Source: Escherichia phage cardinal
Reading direction: 5' to 3' (one strand)
Sequence record: PQ567651.1
Length of the DNA: 64,000 nucleotides
A program made the position numbers and the translations under genes. The notes beneath the pieces were generated by a model. That model did no database searches. It had not been told where the DNA came from and saw only the letters and a program-made list of their open reading frames with translations. Shown here one piece after another: positions 10,204 through 20,631 of the stretch; within the stretch, counting starts at the first letter, position 1, and every line of letters begins with the position of its first letter.

Positions 10204-12183
10204 TTAACCACCAGTAGAAGATTGTCCACTGCTTAACTGAAGAGTTAAACCTTGTGAGAAGTTACTAAAACTGGTATTCATTGTCGCATCTAGATAATTA
10301 CTAAAACCATAGCCATCTGGAATAACATTAATCTGGAATGCGTTGTCTGGGATAACAACCGTATTCTCTACACTTAACGGTACTGGAACACCTTGGCGTG
10401 GTGTTAGCATAGATGCTGTTAAATCAGGTCTATTGTAACCGATACTAGAAGCACTTGGGTTTAAGGCACTAGTTAAGAAACTACTATCAAAGTCACCTAA
10501 AGGTTGATTTTCAGGTTTATATTGATCTCTTCCAATAGGCCAATAAGCCCAAGGATTACCACCAACCTGTGCATCGTACCCATACTGCGTACCATTATAA
10601 TAATCTCTTACAGCTTCTTTAGTATTGTTTTTTGGCCCAACCTTATTTGAAAAATCAAGGAAATATTTCGCAATTTTTGCAAGGCTACTTACAATACTAC
10701 CAGACATTTCACCAAGACCACGAGCAGCTTCTTGGAAAGTTTTCATATTCTCTGCAAAATCTGGTGCAGATTTTAAACCATCCATGAAGCCTATAAGTAA
10801 GTTATTGGTAAAACCTTCTCCTGCTGCACTAATTTGTGCTCTTAGCTTAACAAAATCTTGTGCTGCTTTGATGTTTTCATCGTTAAGAGTTGCTCCTGAA
10901 TTTTTTAACATATCCAAGACTTTCATGTACTCTTTACCGTTATCCAAAAACATACGTTGGTAGTGCATTAAGTCATCACCAAGGTTTTCCATCAAACGAC
11001 CAATTTGCGCGGAGTTCATTCCTCTTTTTTGACCTTCATTAACAAGTGCTTGAACAAAGTCTAAAGGTCTGTTCTGGAATTTAGCAACGTCTTCTTTCGA
11101 CCAACCAAATTGGTTCATGATTTCATTAATACCACTATCTCCACCTTTCCATTTACCTGACTTTTCATCAAATTCAGAGTGGAGTACAGTATTACCTAAA
11201 CGTTCACGAACGTCTTTAATATTGTCAATGGCTTTAATAATGCTGGCAGAGTCTACACCGTTCATCTCACCCCAAGTACGCATTGTTAAAATTGCATTAG
11301 GGTTTACCTGTACGTTCTGACCACCTTTACTAACCATATTAATACGTTCTGCCGCAGTTGTGATACTTTCAGCTATTTTGCTTATACCTTGATATAAACC
11401 AGCACCTAAAAGAGCAGCACCAAACATAGCAGGGTTAAGAGCAATAGCAGCATTACCTACACCAGATAGCTTACGTTGTCTATCTCGTTGTCTTGCTTCT
11501 TTCTCTCTTCTTTGCTGACGTTCGAAATCCTTTCTTTCTCTTTCTCGGATACGCTGTCTTCTTTTATCTTCTGCTTCTTGCAGACGGGCAATTCTACGTC
11601 TAGCTCTCTCTTCATCAAGAAGTTGTGCATTCTTCTCTCTATGAGATCTGCGTAGTTCTTCTAACTGTCTAGCCAAAGTATTATTCATTTGTTGGCTAGT
11701 GATTACACCTTTACGATAAAGTTCAACAGTTTCTTCTACAATCTTTTTAGATTTTTCTAGAATTCTGCTGTCTGCTTTTGTAAAAGGCATAGCTTTAAAA
11801 CTAAAATCGTCTTGCTTCATATTAGCAAGTGCTGCACGTTTAGCGGCGGCTTCTGCGGCTCTTTCCTCTGGTGTCTTACGTCCTCCAGAAGATCCAGAAC
11901 CACCTCTACCACTTCCTCCTTTTCCACCACCACTTGAACCTCCGGTTGGTGGGATTGGTGGAGGATTACCGCCGCCAAGACCTGACATTTGCTGCCTTAT
12001 TCTTTTAGCATACTCTTCCATACTTTTAAACTGACGACGCATTTTAGTCATATTTAAAGATGGTTCAATAGATTCTGTAAAAGTTTTAAGGTTTTTAATT
12101 GCGTCTTTAGTATTTTTTAAACTGTCTTTATCTACAGTAAACGTTACTGTATTCTTAATCTTGGAAGTGTTAATTTCTAACAA
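10204..12183 (-). CDS. tail tape measure protein
   Basis: 659 aa; Gly-rich GGGNPPPIPPTGGSSGGGKGGSGRGGSGSSGG and highly charged coiled-coil segment RRRIARLQEAEDKRRQRIRERERKDFERQQRREKEARQRDRQRK; sits between chaperone and baseplate genes. Confidence 0.75.
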   Translation of the reverse strand: MLEINTSKIKNTVTFTVDKDSLKNTKDAIKNLKTFTESIEPSLNMTKMRRQFKSMEEYAKRIRQQMSGLGGGNPPPIPPTGGSSGGGKGGSGRGGSGSSGGRKTPEERAAEAAAKRAALANMKQDDFSFKAMPFTKADSRILEKSKKIVEETVELYRKGVITSQQMNNTLARQLEELRRSHREKNAQLLDEERARRRIARLQEAEDKRRQRIRERERKDFERQQRREKEARQRDRQRKLSGVGNAAIALNPAMFGAALLGAGLYQGISKIAESITTAAERINMVSKGGQNVQVNPNAILTMRTWGEMNGVDSASIIKAIDNIKDVRERLGNTVLHSEFDEKSGKWKGGDSGINEIMNQFGWSKEDVAKFQNRPLDFVQALVNEGQKRGMNSAQIGRLMENLGDDLMHYQRMFLDNGKEYMKVLDMLKNSGATLNDENIKAAQDFVKLRAQISAAGEGFTNNLLIGFMDGLKSAPDFAENMKTFQEAARGLGEMSGSIVSSLAKIAKYFLDFSNKVGPKNNTKEAVRDYYNGTQYGYDAQVGGNPWAYWPIGRDQYKPENQPLGDFDSSFLTSALNPSASSIGYNRPDLTASMLTPRQGVPVPLSVENTVVIPDNAFQINVIPDGYGFSNYLDATMNTSFSNFSQGLTLQLSSGQSSTGG

Positions 12184-12202
12184 GGGTAATCCTCCGTATT
12201 AC

Positions 12203-12547
12203 TTATGAATCTGGAATTAATTTTTTCATAGCCGTATCCAGTTCTCTTATTGTTCTCTGTTGACCACGTTTAATATCCGCATCTTTAACGTGAAGATCTT
12301 GTACATAGTCTTCAAATGTTAAATATTCATAAATTTTAAGTAGATAATCTACACCATAATTATCTAACGAGGACAAGGTTTCGGAGGTATTCTTAATTAC
12401 CTTACAAAGAATTACTTCATACCATGTCAAGCTAAGGGTTTGTGAGGCAATTTCAATTGCTGATTTAATTGCCGGACTTAACTCTTCGCTAGAGTCTCTA
12501 TTCCTTGAAATTGGGTCAACAGTTTTCCGAAACCTCGTTTGAAAAAA
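12203..12547 (-). CDS. tail assembly chaperone -1 frameshift extension (GT-like product when fused to 12478..12960)
   Basis: The -1 frame is open from 12562 to the stop at 12203 and overlaps the 3' end of the chaperone; T_TTT_TTC heptamer at 12541..12547. Confidence 0.5.
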   Translation of the reverse strand, partial: FFQTRFRKTVDPISRNRDSSEELSPAIKSAIEIASQTLSLTWYEVILCKVIKNTSETLSSLDNYGVDYLLKIYEYLTFEDYVQDLHVKDADIKRGQQRTIRELDTAMKKLIPDS

Positions 12548-12960
12548 GGGGCATAGTTCACCTCAAGAACTTTTGCAGCTAAGTCAACAACTAATTCTGG
12601 GTGAGCAAAAAACAATTCATCAAAATTATCGGAAACACTGTGTCCTGCTTCTGTGTAAACTTCATCTAAAATTTTACGTAAGAATGCAGCTAAGTTTTTT
12701 TCTTCCAGACCACTGAATAATTGGATCAGTGCCATAGCAATACGAGCTTCTAGATCTTCGTCTGCTGACATAAGAGCAGTATTATACATTGTCATAGGAA
12801 CAGCCAGTACACTACCTAGTTCTGGAATCCTTTCAAAAACTTTAGTCGGACTCCACTTGAGAACTCTAAATTTTACACTGCGTCCTTCATCCAGATCAAT
12901 TTCAACCATTACTTCTGGACGAGCAAATTTTGCAATAGTATTATCTTTTTGTTGTTCCAT
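12478..12960 (-). CDS. tail assembly chaperone (G-like)
   Basis: 160-aa acidic ORF immediately upstream of tape measure; contains slippery heptamer near its 3' end. Confidence 0.6.
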   Translation of the reverse strand: MEQQKDNTIAKFARPEVMVEIDLDEGRSVKFRVLKWSPTKVFERIPELGSVLAVPMTMYNTALMSADEDLEARIAMALIQLFSGLEEKNLAAFLRKILDEVYTEAGHSVSDNFDELFFAHPELVVDLAAKVLEVNYAPFFKRGFGKLLTQFQGIETLAKS

Positions 12961-13003
12961 TATTTCCTCTCTTTAAAAATAAAGGGCATTTCTGCCCTTT
13001 TTA

Positions 13004-13483
13004 TTACTGAATAGTTAGAGCACTAATAGAGTTAAGTGCGTTAACACCAACACCTACAGTAGAACGAAGTAGGCTTGCATCTTTAAGACCAATTACCCAT
13101 TGGTTTTCTTGAATAGTTTCACCAATAGTATCGTCCGGTTGGCTTTGAATCCAACCAATTGTGCTGATATAATATCCGCGAGGGTCTTCCAGATATACGC
13201 TAAATGCTACTTGACGAGTAGAATACATCGTTTGTGCATAAGCAGCAAGAACTTCGTTTGCTGGGGAAGTACGTTGCAGTGACATTGTTAGCGTACCTAA
13301 ACGGTTACGACTAAGCGCCAAGGAAACGTCACCATCAGTACCTGAATATGGGTTGATGATATCGTTAGTTTTGTTAATAACAATTTTGGTATCTGCGGCG
13401 AAACCCCAAGGTTCCCAACCACCCAAAGACAGGATTACTTGAGAAGGATCATAGGCCATTACGCCAGTAAGCATTTTATCCAA
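13004..13483 (-). CDS. tail tube protein
   Basis: 159 aa, immediately downstream of sheath gene; standard sheath-tube order. Confidence 0.65.
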   Translation of the reverse strand: MDKMLTGVMAYDPSQVILSLGGWEPWGFAADTKIVINKTNDIINPYSGTDGDVSLALSRNRLGTLTMSLQRTSPANEVLAAYAQTMYSTRQVAFSVYLEDPRGYYISTIGWIQSQPDDTIGETIQENQWVIGLKDASLLRSTVGVGVNALNSISALTIQ

Positions 13484-13515
13484 AGTGGATCTCCTTTTAT
13501 ACTACTTTTCATATA

Positions 13516-13533
13516 AGCGGGGTTTCCCCCGCT
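13516..13533 (-). other. GC-rich stem-loop between sheath and tube genes
   Basis: AGCGGGG-TTT-CCCCGCT perfect 7-bp stem; weak T-tract on the minus strand, so possibly an attenuator or processing site rather than a full terminator. Confidence 0.4.
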
Positions 13534-13541
13534 GCTTTTAA

Positions 13542-14948
13542 TTATGAAGATACAGTAGAGCTATTGGAATTCTGGCTATTTGCAGTGCGGTTCGTCAGAA
13601 CGTTTACCTGCACTTTAACATAGTGGAAGAATCCAGCATATACGTATTCAATAACCATACCATCAACCAAACGTGCATTGATTTGAGCATCAGTCATATC
13701 TGCACGAGATGGGATATAGATAGTAGGTTTAAGGCTTACCAGAAGTCCTGTTTCCTCTGAAGTTACTACCTCATTGGCAATAGAACCATTGTTAATACCT
13801 ACTTGGATTGGGTTTGCAGTAACAGCCTGACGAATCAAAGCAAGACCAGCAGAAGTTGCTCTAACACCACTACCAAGCATAGATTGCTGTTTAAATAGAG
13901 CGAACAGAGATTCTTCTACACGAGCTTTGAACCACAGAGCGTGTACCACATAGTCAACATAGAAACCACTAACCATGAAACCATCACGGTAGAACAGAAC
14001 ACCGTGTTCTTTACGGTAAATATTACCATTCTGTTGAACGATAAAGTTTTCTGCTGTCTGACCAAGTTTTTCAATCTCGATACCAACAAGGGTTTTACCA
14101 TGCAGGGTAGTAGTACCTGGTGTTGCAGAGCAGATAGAACCAACTACAGCAGCCTCTGGGAACACTGTATCAGCGTTAGTCATCCACAATGCCATACAAG
14201 TGTTATTGTAGCCCATATCACCTAAGCGTTCTAGAATGTTATCTTCTTCTTTAGTTAGAACACCTGGTTGCGAGGTAGAGAAGAAATACACTTTATCGTG
14301 CTCTTCTACATAACCTGCTAGATCGATAATATCTTGTTCTGCGTGAGAATCAGATAGTAACCAGAACCAACTGTTTTCATAATCTGCAATTTTAGCAATA
14401 TCTTCTAAGATATCATTTGCATATTCTACTTTAGTTGTGAATCCTGAACTATCCATAGTAGCGTATTTACCTGCAACTGGGGTTACAGTGATAACACTAC
14501 CATCGTTTGACACAGTGAAGAATTCTTTATACACCATGTCTGCGTTGATCATTTCTGTTAAACCAACAACAATCTCTTGAGCAGTTGCAGTATCATCGGC
14601 AACAAACTTGAAGTCCTTGCTTTTTGAATTTGCTTTAATAGTGATAACGTAAGTTGCACTATCTTCAACTACTGGAGTTAGAGTTGTTTTAGAAACATCA
14701 CGCTTACCGACGATAACTTGTTCTGGTGCGAACAGACCGTCAAATAGTAGTTTTGCCATTTTATAAGCTGGATCGGCAGTGCCAAAACCTGCTTGCAGAA
14801 GTGCGTCTGAAGAAGTGAAATAATCTACAAGATTGCCAGTAACGTTATGCCCTGTAAGAATTAGAGGGATATCAAACTGTGTTTCACTAATTGAAGTAGC
14901 ACCGTAGGTAAGGGTTACGGAAACTACCTTATCACGAAAAGTTGCCAT
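13542..14948 (-). CDS. tail sheath protein
   Basis: 468 aa, size and position typical of contractile tail sheath. Confidence 0.75.
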   Translation of the reverse strand: MATFRDKVVSVTLTYGATSISETQFDIPLILTGHNVTGNLVDYFTSSDALLQAGFGTADPAYKMAKLLFDGLFAPEQVIVGKRDVSKTTLTPVVEDSATYVITIKANSKSKDFKFVADDTATAQEIVVGLTEMINADMVYKEFFTVSNDGSVITVTPVAGKYATMDSSGFTTKVEYANDILEDIAKIADYENSWFWLLSDSHAEQDIIDLAGYVEEHDKVYFFSTSQPGVLTKEEDNILERLGDMGYNNTCMALWMTNADTVFPEAAVVGSICSATPGTTTLHGKTLVGIEIEKLGQTAENFIVQQNGNIYRKEHGVLFYRDGFMVSGFYVDYVVHALWFKARVEESLFALFKQQSMLGSGVRATSAGLALIRQAVTANPIQVGINNGSIANEVVTSEETGLLVSLKPTIYIPSRADMTDAQINARLVDGMVIEYVYAGFFHYVKVQVNVLTNRTANSQNSNSSTVSS

Positions 14949-14968
14949 TTATGCTCCTGTTAGAAACT

Positions 14969-15670
14969 TTATTCCAATGAATTATCCGTTGGGATATACT
15001 TAATTAATGATCCATCATCAGTCGTCGTAAAGTAATAAGTTTTACTTCTGTGAGCAACAATGTAAATCTTGTCCAAAGGAAGATCTATTGGAGTAGGATC
15101 ATCGTAATCATCTCTGAACGAATGAATGTTCATATTAATTGCTTCAATTTCGGTAGTTACTAAATCCTCAATAACCATCGTAGTATTGAATGTAAGAAAT
15201 ATTCTCGCTCTTTGTTCAGTTTTATCTCCATCCAGAACAGTGTTAGCCTGTGCAACATTTGTTGCAGACAAGAAGCTAATACCTTTGGAATAAAGATACT
15301 GGTATTTTAATTCATCTGCACCACGAAGTGCCGCAAGAACATAACTTAAAAGTGTCATTGGTCTTCCTCTAAAAGCCATAAGTTCTATTTCATACTTATT
15401 GTCCATTAGATATGAAAACGCATCTTCACTAAAAGAATATTTTTGTGACCAACCACCTGAATCATCAGATGATACAATACGTAATGTCAGATATGGGGTT
15501 GTTGGTTTAACAAATGGCTTATCCATAACATAAACCGGAAGCCCCACGAGTCTTTGTAAGAACTTAGCGATATTTAATAATATCGTATTTTCATACAATT
15601 CAATTTGTTCATAGATATTAGCCAAAATTACCACCCTCCTCAGAATAAGAATAGGTGTTATTCTGGTCAT
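14969..15670 (-). CDS. structural protein (hypothetical, tail completion/sheath-associated)
   Basis: 233-aa ORF between neck and sheath genes. Confidence 0.4.
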   Translation of the reverse strand: MTRITPILILRRVVILANIYEQIELYENTILLNIAKFLQRLVGLPVYVMDKPFVKPTTPYLTLRIVSSDDSGGWSQKYSFSEDAFSYLMDNKYEIELMAFRGRPMTLLSYVLAALRGADELKYQYLYSKGISFLSATNVAQANTVLDGDKTEQRARIFLTFNTTMVIEDLVTTEIEAINMNIHSFRDDYDDPTPIDLPLDKIYIVAHRSKTYYFTTTDDGSLIKYIPTDNSLE

Positions 15671-16034
15671 CTAGAATAGCAACACAATGTGTGTGTCTTA
15701 AGAAAGATGTTCTTGTCCAGTCTTTCAAAGAATAAATGGAAAACCATTGTCCATCTATTAGTATTTGATCAGATAGTTGATCTGATCCTTGCTGGATGCC
15801 TCTGATTTCTGTTTTTGTCCAGAAGCTATATTGTGCCTTAGATCTGTATCCTTCTGGCAGTGCTTGAAGTGTTCTACCTGATATTGGTTGCAAACTTGCA
15901 GCCTCTATTGTAAAGTCTTCGTATGCTACTGTATTACCCATATTGGAAATTGGCGAATCAGGATCTTGAACATAGGTTCTTTTACGACCCTGATACGTTG
16001 TAAGATCAAGGAGAGTAAATTGGTCTAATAGCAT
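15618..16034 (-). CDS. structural protein (hypothetical)
   Basis: 138-aa ORF; overlaps upstream gene by about 50 nt, so its start may be internal. Confidence 0.35.
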   Translation of the reverse strand: MLLDQFTLLDLTTYQGRKRTYVQDPDSPISNMGNTVAYEDFTIEAASLQPISGRTLQALPEGYRSKAQYSFWTKTEIRGIQQGSDQLSDQILIDGQWFSIYSLKDWTRTSFLRHTHCVAILDDQNNTYSYSEEGGNFG

Positions 16035-16078
16035 TGTATCTCCTTTTTAGTATACATCAAAAACAGACTTATTGCAAG

Positions 16079-16567
16079 TTATTTTTTAGAACGACCCTTC
16101 TTGATTTCTGATTCAATACTGTTAATTAAGTGTCCAGTATCAATAAGAATATGAGAAGAGTAGTTACCTTTATCTCTACGGATTTTAATAGTCACAGGAG
16201 ATAGTGGTCTATAACGTTGCAGAGCAATCGCTTTAGCAATAGATTCTCGTGAAACTTTTGCAATAGGTTCAAAGGCAGCTAAACCCCTTCCACGAAGTAA
16301 ATAATTTCTAAACACTTCATCAAAATGTTTAGGTATCTCTTTGCTGGCGTGGACTGCACCATCCGTTAAAAACGGACGTGCAGGAGTATTGTTTGTTTCA
16401 TTACCAAACTGTTGTATGGCAGCAATTGCAGGGATAGTGAGATCTGATTCTGGATGGCGAACAGCAGTAAGAAAACCAGCGTCTATTTCTATATTATCTA
16501 GAGCCAGCATTTTACTAAAGTATTCATCTAACGACATATCATCGCCACGTGTGATCTCACATTTCAT
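16079..16567 (-). CDS. neck/tail completion protein
   Basis: 162 aa; position between head and tail modules. Confidence 0.4.
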   Translation of the reverse strand: MKCEITRGDDMSLDEYFSKMLALDNIEIDAGFLTAVRHPESDLTIPAIAAIQQFGNETNNTPARPFLTDGAVHASKEIPKHFDEVFRNYLLRGRGLAAFEPIAKVSRESIAKAIALQRYRPLSPVTIKIRRDKGNYSSHILIDTGHLINSIESEIKKGRSKK

Positions 16568-17115
16568 TATTTATCCCTTCTGTAGTAACCAATGGGGCCA
16601 TAGTTTCTGGCATACTTGATATTTCTCGTATGTCGATCTACACTACCAACACCACCTAAACCATTTACTGAATTAGGATCACTGTTGACACGATCAATTT
16701 CACGAGCATCAACACCACCAACTAATACTTTACTCGTTACACCTCTACCAGAAGTACAACCAGGTATCATCATATCACCATCAAGATATCCTTTATAGAT
16801 ATTTTCCCAAGGTGAAATGTATTCTGTCTGTCCAGTACCAAAGGTTACTTCAACCTGTACTTCGCCAACTTTCTCTTTTCTAGAAAGAGCACCACCTGTC
16901 TGTGTATTATGATTTAGTACGTCTGTATTCCACAAGTATTCAAGTACAGAGATCAGACTGTTCCACAATACGGCACATTTATTGGCATCATCATTTCCTA
17001 GCACATCTATCCACGTTTGAATGATCTGTTCAATCATTGCATCAGGAAGTGTTTCTTGTGAAGGATTAAACACCAATATGCGGATCATAGGTACAAGGTC
17101 ACTAGCTACAAGCAT
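16567..17115 (-). CDS. head-tail joining protein (hypothetical)
   Basis: 182-aa ORF coupled to neighbours. Confidence 0.4.
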   Translation of the reverse strand: MLVASDLVPMIRILVFNPSQETLPDAMIEQIIQTWIDVLGNDDANKCAVLWNSLISVLEYLWNTDVLNHNTQTGGALSRKEKVGEVQVEVTFGTGQTEYISPWENIYKGYLDGDMMIPGCTSGRGVTSKVLVGGVDAREIDRVNSDPNSVNGLGGVGSVDRHTRNIKYARNYGPIGYYRRDK

Positions 17116-17127
17116 GTAAACCTCCTG

Positions 17128-17496
17128 TTACTTTTTAGTGCGCTGTGCACGTTTCTTTGCTGGTGTGTCTACTGCTTTAACTTCAATTTTATCTTGCGTT
17201 TTTAATTCTACAGGGGCATAATCTTCATAGCTAACGAGATAGTAGCCAGGATGTTCTTCACTTCCGAAAGGATGAACCTGAATTCCTGTCTCTTCACGTA
17301 GACGAACTAAGAAGTGAATAAAGTTACCGCCAAGGGCTACTCTACCATCTGTAGTATAGAATGACATAGGTGGAGCAACACTAAGTGTCTTACCTGCATC
17401 TAAGGCAGGAGATAGTGAAGCAAAATCCATAATCATTTCATGGTAGCTAAAATATGTTTTCAGTACAGCGTTACCCATAATCGTGTTTCCTCTCAT
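17128..17496 (-). CDS. head-tail adaptor-like protein (hypothetical)
   Basis: 122 aa, basic C-terminus PAKKRAQRTKK. Confidence 0.4.
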   Translation of the reverse strand: MRGNTIMGNAVLKTYFSYHEMIMDFASLSPALDAGKTLSVAPPMSFYTTDGRVALGGNFIHFLVRLREETGIQVHPFGSEEHPGYYLVSYEDYAPVELKTQDKIEVKAVDTPAKKRAQRTKK

Positions 17497-17513
17497 TGTT
17501 AGTGGGACACATA

Positions 17514-17549
17514 ATAAAAAAGCCCACCCGCAAGGGGCAGGCTTTTTAG
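17514..17549 (-). terminator. rho-independent terminator after major capsid gene (bidirectional-looking)
   Basis: AAAAAAGCCCACCCGCAAGGGGCAGGCTTTTT: hairpin flanked by an A-run and a T-run. Confidence 0.6.
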
Positions 17550-17563
17550 AATCCCGTTAAGGA

Positions 17564-18565
17564 TTAAGCAGTAGTCAGTTTAACTACCAGTTCTGGACGG
17601 GTATTAACCGCCAGCAGGGAGAATTCAGACTGTAGCTGTACAGTGCGGTGTTCAGATACCATAAAGGTATACAGATCACGAGCAACAGTGTTAGCCAGTT
17701 CTGGAGTATCCGCTGGAGCATAGTGCGCCTGGAACATATCTGGAATACCCATTGGCAGAACAAACGCTTCACCAGCAGGAATGTTACCGTGGATATCTTC
17801 GATGTAGGTTACACCATTCCATTCGAATACCTGAACGTCCATATTACCGCTTAGGCGGTCACGCAGAAGGTTCGGAGTACCTTGGAAGTATTGATAAGCC
17901 TGGCGAACAAACGGAGAGTTAACCAGAGAAGCAAAGAACTCACGAGAGCACAGAGCAACGATACGAGTAGCGGTAGAACCGTCTTGTTTCTGATCGATGA
18001 TGTATGCACGAGCTTCTTTCTCAATGGTAGCAGCCGGAGAAACAGTAGTAGAAGCGAAGTCTACAGATACTGATTTCTGGGTAGCACCCCATTCGGTGTA
18101 CCAGTTGTATGCAGAGTTAGCTGCACCACCAATACCATTGTATGCACGACCCATTACTGCTTCTGCAAAGATTTTTTCTTTAGTTTTTGCAACATCACGC
18201 AGGATTTGAGTCATATAGCGGTTAACAACTTCCGCTTCGGTACGCAGGTTATCATTGATGCCACCCATAGCGAAGCTACGGAAGGATTGAATATCCTGTG
18301 CCTTAATGTTCTTATCCAGAGGGAAGAACGGAATACGGAAGACTTTAACGCTTGGAGCGTCCATAGTCAGGAAGTTACGCTCACCACCACGTTCACGTGC
18401 TGGGATCAGACCATCTGCATTTTTCTGTCTGCCAATTTCGATAGCAGTGGTAGCATGATACTGAACATCAAACAGGTTCAGACTTGCGATAAGTGTATCA
18501 GGAGTTTCTTGTAGCTCAATCATTGGGCTAAAGTCAACAACCTGATCTAAGATAATAGCTGGCAT
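17564..18565 (-). CDS. major capsid protein
   Basis: 333 aa; follows decoration and scaffold genes in lambda-like order and is followed by a strong terminator; size and C-terminal region resemble the capsid protein E family. Confidence 0.8.
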   Translation of the reverse strand: MPAIILDQVVDFSPMIELQETPDTLIASLNLFDVQYHATTAIEIGRQKNADGLIPARERGGERNFLTMDAPSVKVFRIPFFPLDKNIKAQDIQSFRSFAMGGINDNLRTEAEVVNRYMTQILRDVAKTKEKIFAEAVMGRAYNGIGGAANSAYNWYTEWGATQKSVSVDFASTTVSPAATIEKEARAYIIDQKQDGSTATRIVALCSREFFASLVNSPFVRQAYQYFQGTPNLLRDRLSGNMDVQVFEWNGVTYIEDIHGNIPAGEAFVLPMGIPDMFQAHYAPADTPELANTVARDLYTFMVSEHRTVQLQSEFSLLAVNTRPELVVKLTTA

Positions 18566-18586
18566 GTATAAATCTCCTATTAAAAA

Positions 18587-18979
18587 TTAAGAAGTGAAAA
18601 CAACTTTTTCAGTCAGTTTCAGATCGTGAGTTTCCAGTGCTGCAACGCCAGCGTCATCAATCAGATCACCACTCTTGTAGTAAACTGCATAACGGTTGAG
18701 AGTCAGGTCACGTACACCAACAACTGCGGTGAAAGTGTCACCTACTGCAACATCATCGATCCCGAACAGTGCGTCAGTCCACAGCAGAACTTTAACAGCT
18801 TCACCAGCAGAAGCAGCTTCTGTGTTGTCAGCTTTCAGTACAGAACCAATTTTCATGGTTGCAGTTTTAACCAGGTTCACTTCACGAACACAGTGACCTA
18901 GGTCAGAACTAAATACTCCACCCAGAACAAGGTGTCCAAATTCCTGGCGGTAGTTTGATAAAGAAATTCCAGTTGCCAT
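18587..18979 (-). CDS. head decoration protein
   Basis: 130 aa, Gly/Ala/Val-rich, placed between scaffold and major capsid genes as lambda gpD is. Confidence 0.55.
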   Translation of the reverse strand: MATGISLSNYRQEFGHLVLGGVFSSDLGHCVREVNLVKTATMKIGSVLKADNTEAASAGEAVKVLLWTDALFGIDDVAVGDTFTAVVGVRDLTLNRYAVYYKSGDLIDDAGVAALETHDLKLTEKVVFTS

Positions 18980-18997
18980 TAATTAAATCTCCTTAGA

Positions 18998-20113
18998 TTA
19001 TTTCTGGGCTTTTTTAAGTTCAGCAGCTTTTTGACGAATCAGTTCAGAAGCAGATTTAGCAACAGGTTCTTTGTTTTCAACATCAACACCTACTTCTTTG
19101 CCAAATTCTTTCTTAACTGTTTCAACTTCTTCGCGAGCTTTTTCAAATGCAGTAACAACAGTTTCAGCAATTTCTTTGTTATCTACTAGGTATTTAACAA
19201 GTGCTTCAACTTTGTCTTCTTCAACATAGCCATAAGACTTAATTACATTGGTATAGTCTTCTTCGATACGAGCAATTTCTGCTTTACGAAGTTCTTCGGC
19301 TTCTGCCTTAGCTTTGTTGATTTCTTCCTGTGCTTTAGCTTCTGCCTCTGCACGAGCTTCAGCAGCAGCTTTTTCTACCGCTTCTGCAATCTGTGCTTTA
19401 ATAAGGTCTTGCACCTCAGCAGATTTCAGGAATTCTTCTTTGTTAATATTTTCCAAAGGGGTATCTCCTTTATTTATATCGGTTGTGTTTGCAGATTCAA
19501 GATCTGCTGGATTATCCTCTGCAATCACAGAGTCTTTATTAGTACGAGCTTCGTGAGCTTTTACTAAATAATCTTTTACGTGATCAAACTTAATTGCGCT
19601 CTTAACTAAATCACCTAGAGCATCATCAATCAAGTTATCAAAGAAATCCAGGGAAACTAAAACATCACCGTCTACTACTTCATAGTCCGTTGTTTGTACT
19701 ACTGGTTTTGCAACATCACCAACTTCAACAAGAAGTCCGTTAATGGTAAAATCAGTAGAGAACATTCCATAGTCAGAACAGAAAATAACAATGCCATTAT
19801 CAAAATCGGCATCGACTACATAAACCCAATCCCAACCAGATTCGTATTTTTCACGAACGGCATCAGATAATGATCCCATAAGTTGGTTCATATATGATTT
19901 ACGTAATTCAGTAACGTCTTCACCCATTTTTTCTAGAGCTTCTAATTTAGTGAAGCTAATGTCTGGGTTGTCACCAGATTTAAAAAGTAGAGGGGTATTA
20001 AAGCCAGAAGCAGCACCACCTTGAAATTCGAAGGTGTAAGCAATGTGTGCTCCGCAAGAATCTTCCGTAGCTTTACCCGAAAAGTCTACGTCAGCTAGAT
20101 ATGTATGTGCCAC
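18998..20113 (-). CDS. scaffolding protein
   Basis: 371 aa with long acidic/Ala/Lys-rich C-terminal coiled coil (AEAVEKAAAEARAEAEAKAQEEINKAKAEAEELRKAEIARIEE). Confidence 0.55.
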   Translation of the reverse strand: MAHTYLADVDFSGKATEDSCGAHIAYTFEFQGGAASGFNTPLLFKSGDNPDISFTKLEALEKMGEDVTELRKSYMNQLMGSLSDAVREKYESGWDWVYVVDADFDNGIVIFCSDYGMFSTDFTINGLLVEVGDVAKPVVQTTDYEVVDGDVLVSLDFFDNLIDDALGDLVKSAIKFDHVKDYLVKAHEARTNKDSVIAEDNPADLESANTTDINKGDTPLENINKEEFLKSAEVQDLIKAQIAEAVEKAAAEARAEAEAKAQEEINKAKAEAEELRKAEIARIEEDYTNVIKSYGYVEEDKVEALVKYLVDNKEIAETVVTAFEKAREEVETVKKEFGKEVGVDVENKEPVAKSASELIRQKAAELKKAQK

Positions 20114-20115
20114 AA

Positions 20116-20595
20116 TTAATCCTTCTTCACTTTACATCCTACTGCACCAATGCTTAAACCTTTAAGAACGCCGTTCTTTCTTGCTTCATACAGTTCAGGA
20201 TCATAGAATTGAATTTTAACGAGTGGTGTTCCTTCAACAACAAACTCGTCACCAATATAACAATCGACTTCATTAACCCAAGCCTTAACTGGTTTAAATT
20301 TATCGGTGTTTTTGATATGACCAAGATTACCACTTACGTTAGTAATATTTGCGTTGAAGTTGTCAACCATCTTTCTGATTTCAATTTCAGACATACGTTC
20401 ACCGTGGAGGTCATCGTGTTCTGGTGGACAATACATCACTTCAATCACTTGCATTTTTTCTTCGTCAAATTTATTTTGTTTGACGATAGTAGCAGGTGTT
20501 TCTTCTGGAGTGGAATTTTGTTGGGTTTGCTTTTTCTCTTTCGTTCCACTGAACGTTTTATAGAGTTCCCAAAGCGTGTCTTTATTAAGTTCCAT
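20116..20595 (-). CDS. head morphogenesis protein (possible prohead protease)
   Basis: ORF track start 20607; the second in-frame ATG at 20595 is preceded by AGGAAC. Function assigned by position only. Confidence 0.35.
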   Translation of the reverse strand: MELNKDTLWELYKTFSGTKEKKQTQQNSTPEETPATIVKQNKFDEEKMQVIEVMYCPPEHDDLHGERMSEIEIRKMVDNFNANITNVSGNLGHIKNTDKFKPVKAWVNEVDCYIGDEFVVEGTPLVKIQFYDPELYEARKNGVLKGLSIGAVGCKVKKD

Positions 20596-20631
20596 ACGGT
20601 TCCTCATAAAAACAAATATCCCATAAATCTT

